Origin: a virus
DNA length: 35,816 bases
Direction: 5' to 3' (one strand)
Virus record (IMG/VR): IMGVR_UViG_3300045988_056669
Location: 1 to 35,816 of that record
Part shown: one piece after another, positions 34,564 through 35,816 of the stretch
Numbering within the stretch: the first letter of the stretch is position 1
Layout: each line of letters starts with the position of its first letter
Program-made: the position numbers and the translations under genes
Notes under the pieces: model-generated
Seen by the model: the letters and a program-made list of their open reading frames with translations, nothing else
What the model was told of the DNA's origin: nothing
The model's database searches: none

Positions 34564-35197
34564 TTATCGCAAATTTAAAACAGCTAACTAAATAATTTAG
34601 TGAAGATTGTTTGACAGCATGCTAAAGTTATACGCTTAATAGCTCGTTACACTAACGGTGGGATACTGTCGTTAGATAAGTAATCAATCTTTGATTGTTG
34701 CGAAGTGAAAGAATAGCAAGAGTGCGTGTGACGTGGAGGATATGTGTAACTAGGCTAAATTTAAACGGTGGTGGCGATAATAGACGTCTCTGTGAGAAAT
34801 AATCCTGCAAGCCCAAGCTTGACCACTTGAAGCAAGTAGGAAGTTGTCAAAATAAGCCATTGTGCGCATTGACGAGTTAAAAGCTCGTTGCTTACACCAA
34901 AAAATTGTACAAGTAGCCCAAAAGCGCAAGTGATAAATTGCAGATATTGTCAAATATTTACGTTTCTGAACGTCTGGTGAACGTTGAAGGTAACCAGTCC
35001 TGTCTAGTCATTGAACCTCTTAGGAAGTTGTGAGGTAGCTCCTCACGGCTCAGACCTAAGACGACTATCAGCTAATAAGTTGCATATATTTGAAGCAGAG
35101 CGAAGGCTCATTTAGTTAGTTGTTTTAAATTTGTGATAAATCCATACTCCTGAGGGGATATGTGATAGGGGCTAACATTTTGTTAGCTCTTTTTTTG
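34564..35197 (+). ncRNA. Large (about 630 nt) structured non-coding RNA candidate, closed by a 30-bp terminal helix. Possibly of the ROOL/GOLLD class of ornate phage RNAs, or a new class.
   Basis: No + strand ORF of 60 aa or more in 34439-35346. It has its own promoter and terminator. 34564-34593 pairs with 35110-35139 (28 Watson-Crick plus 2 G.U, the latter only valid for + strand RNA). Many internal helices. Confidence 0.7.
35168..35196 (+). terminator. intrinsic terminator ending the large RNA
   Basis: GGGGCTAACA-TTT-TGTTAGCTCT stem followed by TTTTTT. Confidence 0.8.
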
Positions 35198-35281
35198 TTG
35201 TTATTATGGGCACCAAATCAAAAAAAGTCTGATTCAACGGACTAGAAATTAAAAAAATATCAAATTTTTTCAAAAAAACAC

Positions 35282-35310
35282 TTGACATATTATAATATAT
35301 ATATTATAAT
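35282..35310 (+). promoter_or_regulatory. Early sigma-70 promoter (TTGACA, 17-nt spacer, TATAAT), a duplicate of the promoter at 962-990
   Basis: 35281-35315 is identical to 961-995, including the 22-nt palindrome at 35289-35310. Confidence 0.85.
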
Positions 35311-35346
35311 TAATTTATAAAATAAAGAAATACAAAAGGAGAACAA

Positions 35347-35538
35347 ATGACAGAAGAATTAACAGCTCAACAACGAGCTAACAAAAAATGGAATGAAAGA
35401 AACAGAGAACACAGAAATTATCTGACCAAAAGGTCAACGTCTCGTGGTTTTATTCGCAATCATGCCACAAAAGAAGACTTACTTGAATTACAAAAACTTA
35501 TTCAAGAAAATTTAAAAAAATTTTTAAAAAACTCTTGA
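35347..35538 (+). CDS. hypothetical basic early protein (63 aa)
   Basis: AAGGAGA RBS. It is the first gene after the promoter at 35282. Its stop codon overlaps the -35 box of the next promoter. Confidence 0.7.
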   Translation: MTEELTAQQRANKKWNERNREHRNYLTKRSTSRGFIRNHATKEDLLELQKLIQENLKKFLKNS

Positions 35539-35563
35539 CAATATGTATTATATATACTATAAT
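35535..35563 (+). promoter_or_regulatory. Early sigma-70 promoter: TTGACA (35535-35540), 17-nt spacer, TATAAT (35558-35563)
   Basis: Exact consensus hexamers. Upstream TTTTTAAAAAACTC element. It drives a leader of about 170 nt and then the ORF at 35735 (position 38 in window numbering). Confidence 0.85.
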
Positions 35564-35697
35564 ATAATCATAAATAAAAAAGGTATTCATTCTCCCCGAC
35601 CAAAGTTTGAATGAACACCTAAAGTAAACATTACTATCTAAATAAGATATATCAATAGTATATCAAAAAGTATCTAGATAGTAAACAGCTAATAGGT

Positions 35698-35816
35698 ACT
35701 TTTTTTAGTACCTCAAAAAGAAAGAGGTAAAAACATGAACTACATTTTACGTAACCACAAATTTGATATTAACGACAACAAAGCTTTTGAAATCTTTAGC
35801 GATTACACTTGCGAGA
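35698..35816. repeat. Terminal direct repeat, right copy (identical to 1-119)
   Basis: Exact 119-nt match to the start of the window. Confidence 0.95.

Noticed and set aside
34750-34953. 67-aa ORF on the minus strand inside the large non-coding locus
   Set aside because: It has no RBS and lies antisense to a unit with a clear + strand promoter and terminator. Every credible gene in the genome is on the + strand. The sequence is better explained by RNA secondary structure.
1-35816. Prophage or integrated-element interpretation of the window
   Set aside because: The exact end overlap, the absence of host flanking genes and the absence of integrase and att sites indicate a free, complete phage genome rather than a prophage within a chromosome.

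Overview
The window is a complete, circularly closed genome of a tailed dsDNA phage. Bases 1-119 are repeated exactly at 35698-35816, so the unit length is 35,697 bp. The morphogenesis module is siphovirus-type, and the genome has the low-GC, AT-rich-promoter style of phages infecting Lactobacillales-like Gram-positive hosts. All credible genes (about 53) lie on the + strand. Starting at the early promoters near 35282 and 35535 and crossing the junction, the order is: (1) small early genes driven by four near-consensus sigma-70 promoters, including a very acidic protein and a Cro-like XRE regulator; (2) a replication and recombination module, with a RepA_N/DnaD-type initiator carrying internal iterons, a DnaC-like loader, an ERF annealase, SSB, a second XRE protein and RusA; (3) a 480-bp non-coding island with two tRNA-minihelix-like elements; (4) a sigma-r4/ArpU-like late regulator followed by a helically phased TGGG repeat array and two hairpin terminators; (5) a ParB-like protein plus a putative GT-A glycosyltransferase-like protein; (6) TerS, TerL, an SPP1-type portal, a Mu-F-like minor head protein, a tRNA-Ser(GCU), scaffold, an E-type major capsid protein, connectors, major tail protein, chaperones, a 1003-aa tape measure, a 516-aa Dit and a 2113-aa Tal/receptor-binding megaprotein; (7) holin-like genes and a signal-peptide GH25/LysM endolysin; (8) a roughly 630-nt ORF-free locus with its own promoter and terminator, whose two ends form a 30-bp helix. 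No integrase or CI-type lysogeny module is visible, so the phage is probably virulent (inference). The large structured RNA locus and the two tRNA-like minihelices are the features most worth follow-up. All functional calls rest on motif recognition by eye and on gene order. No database search was run.
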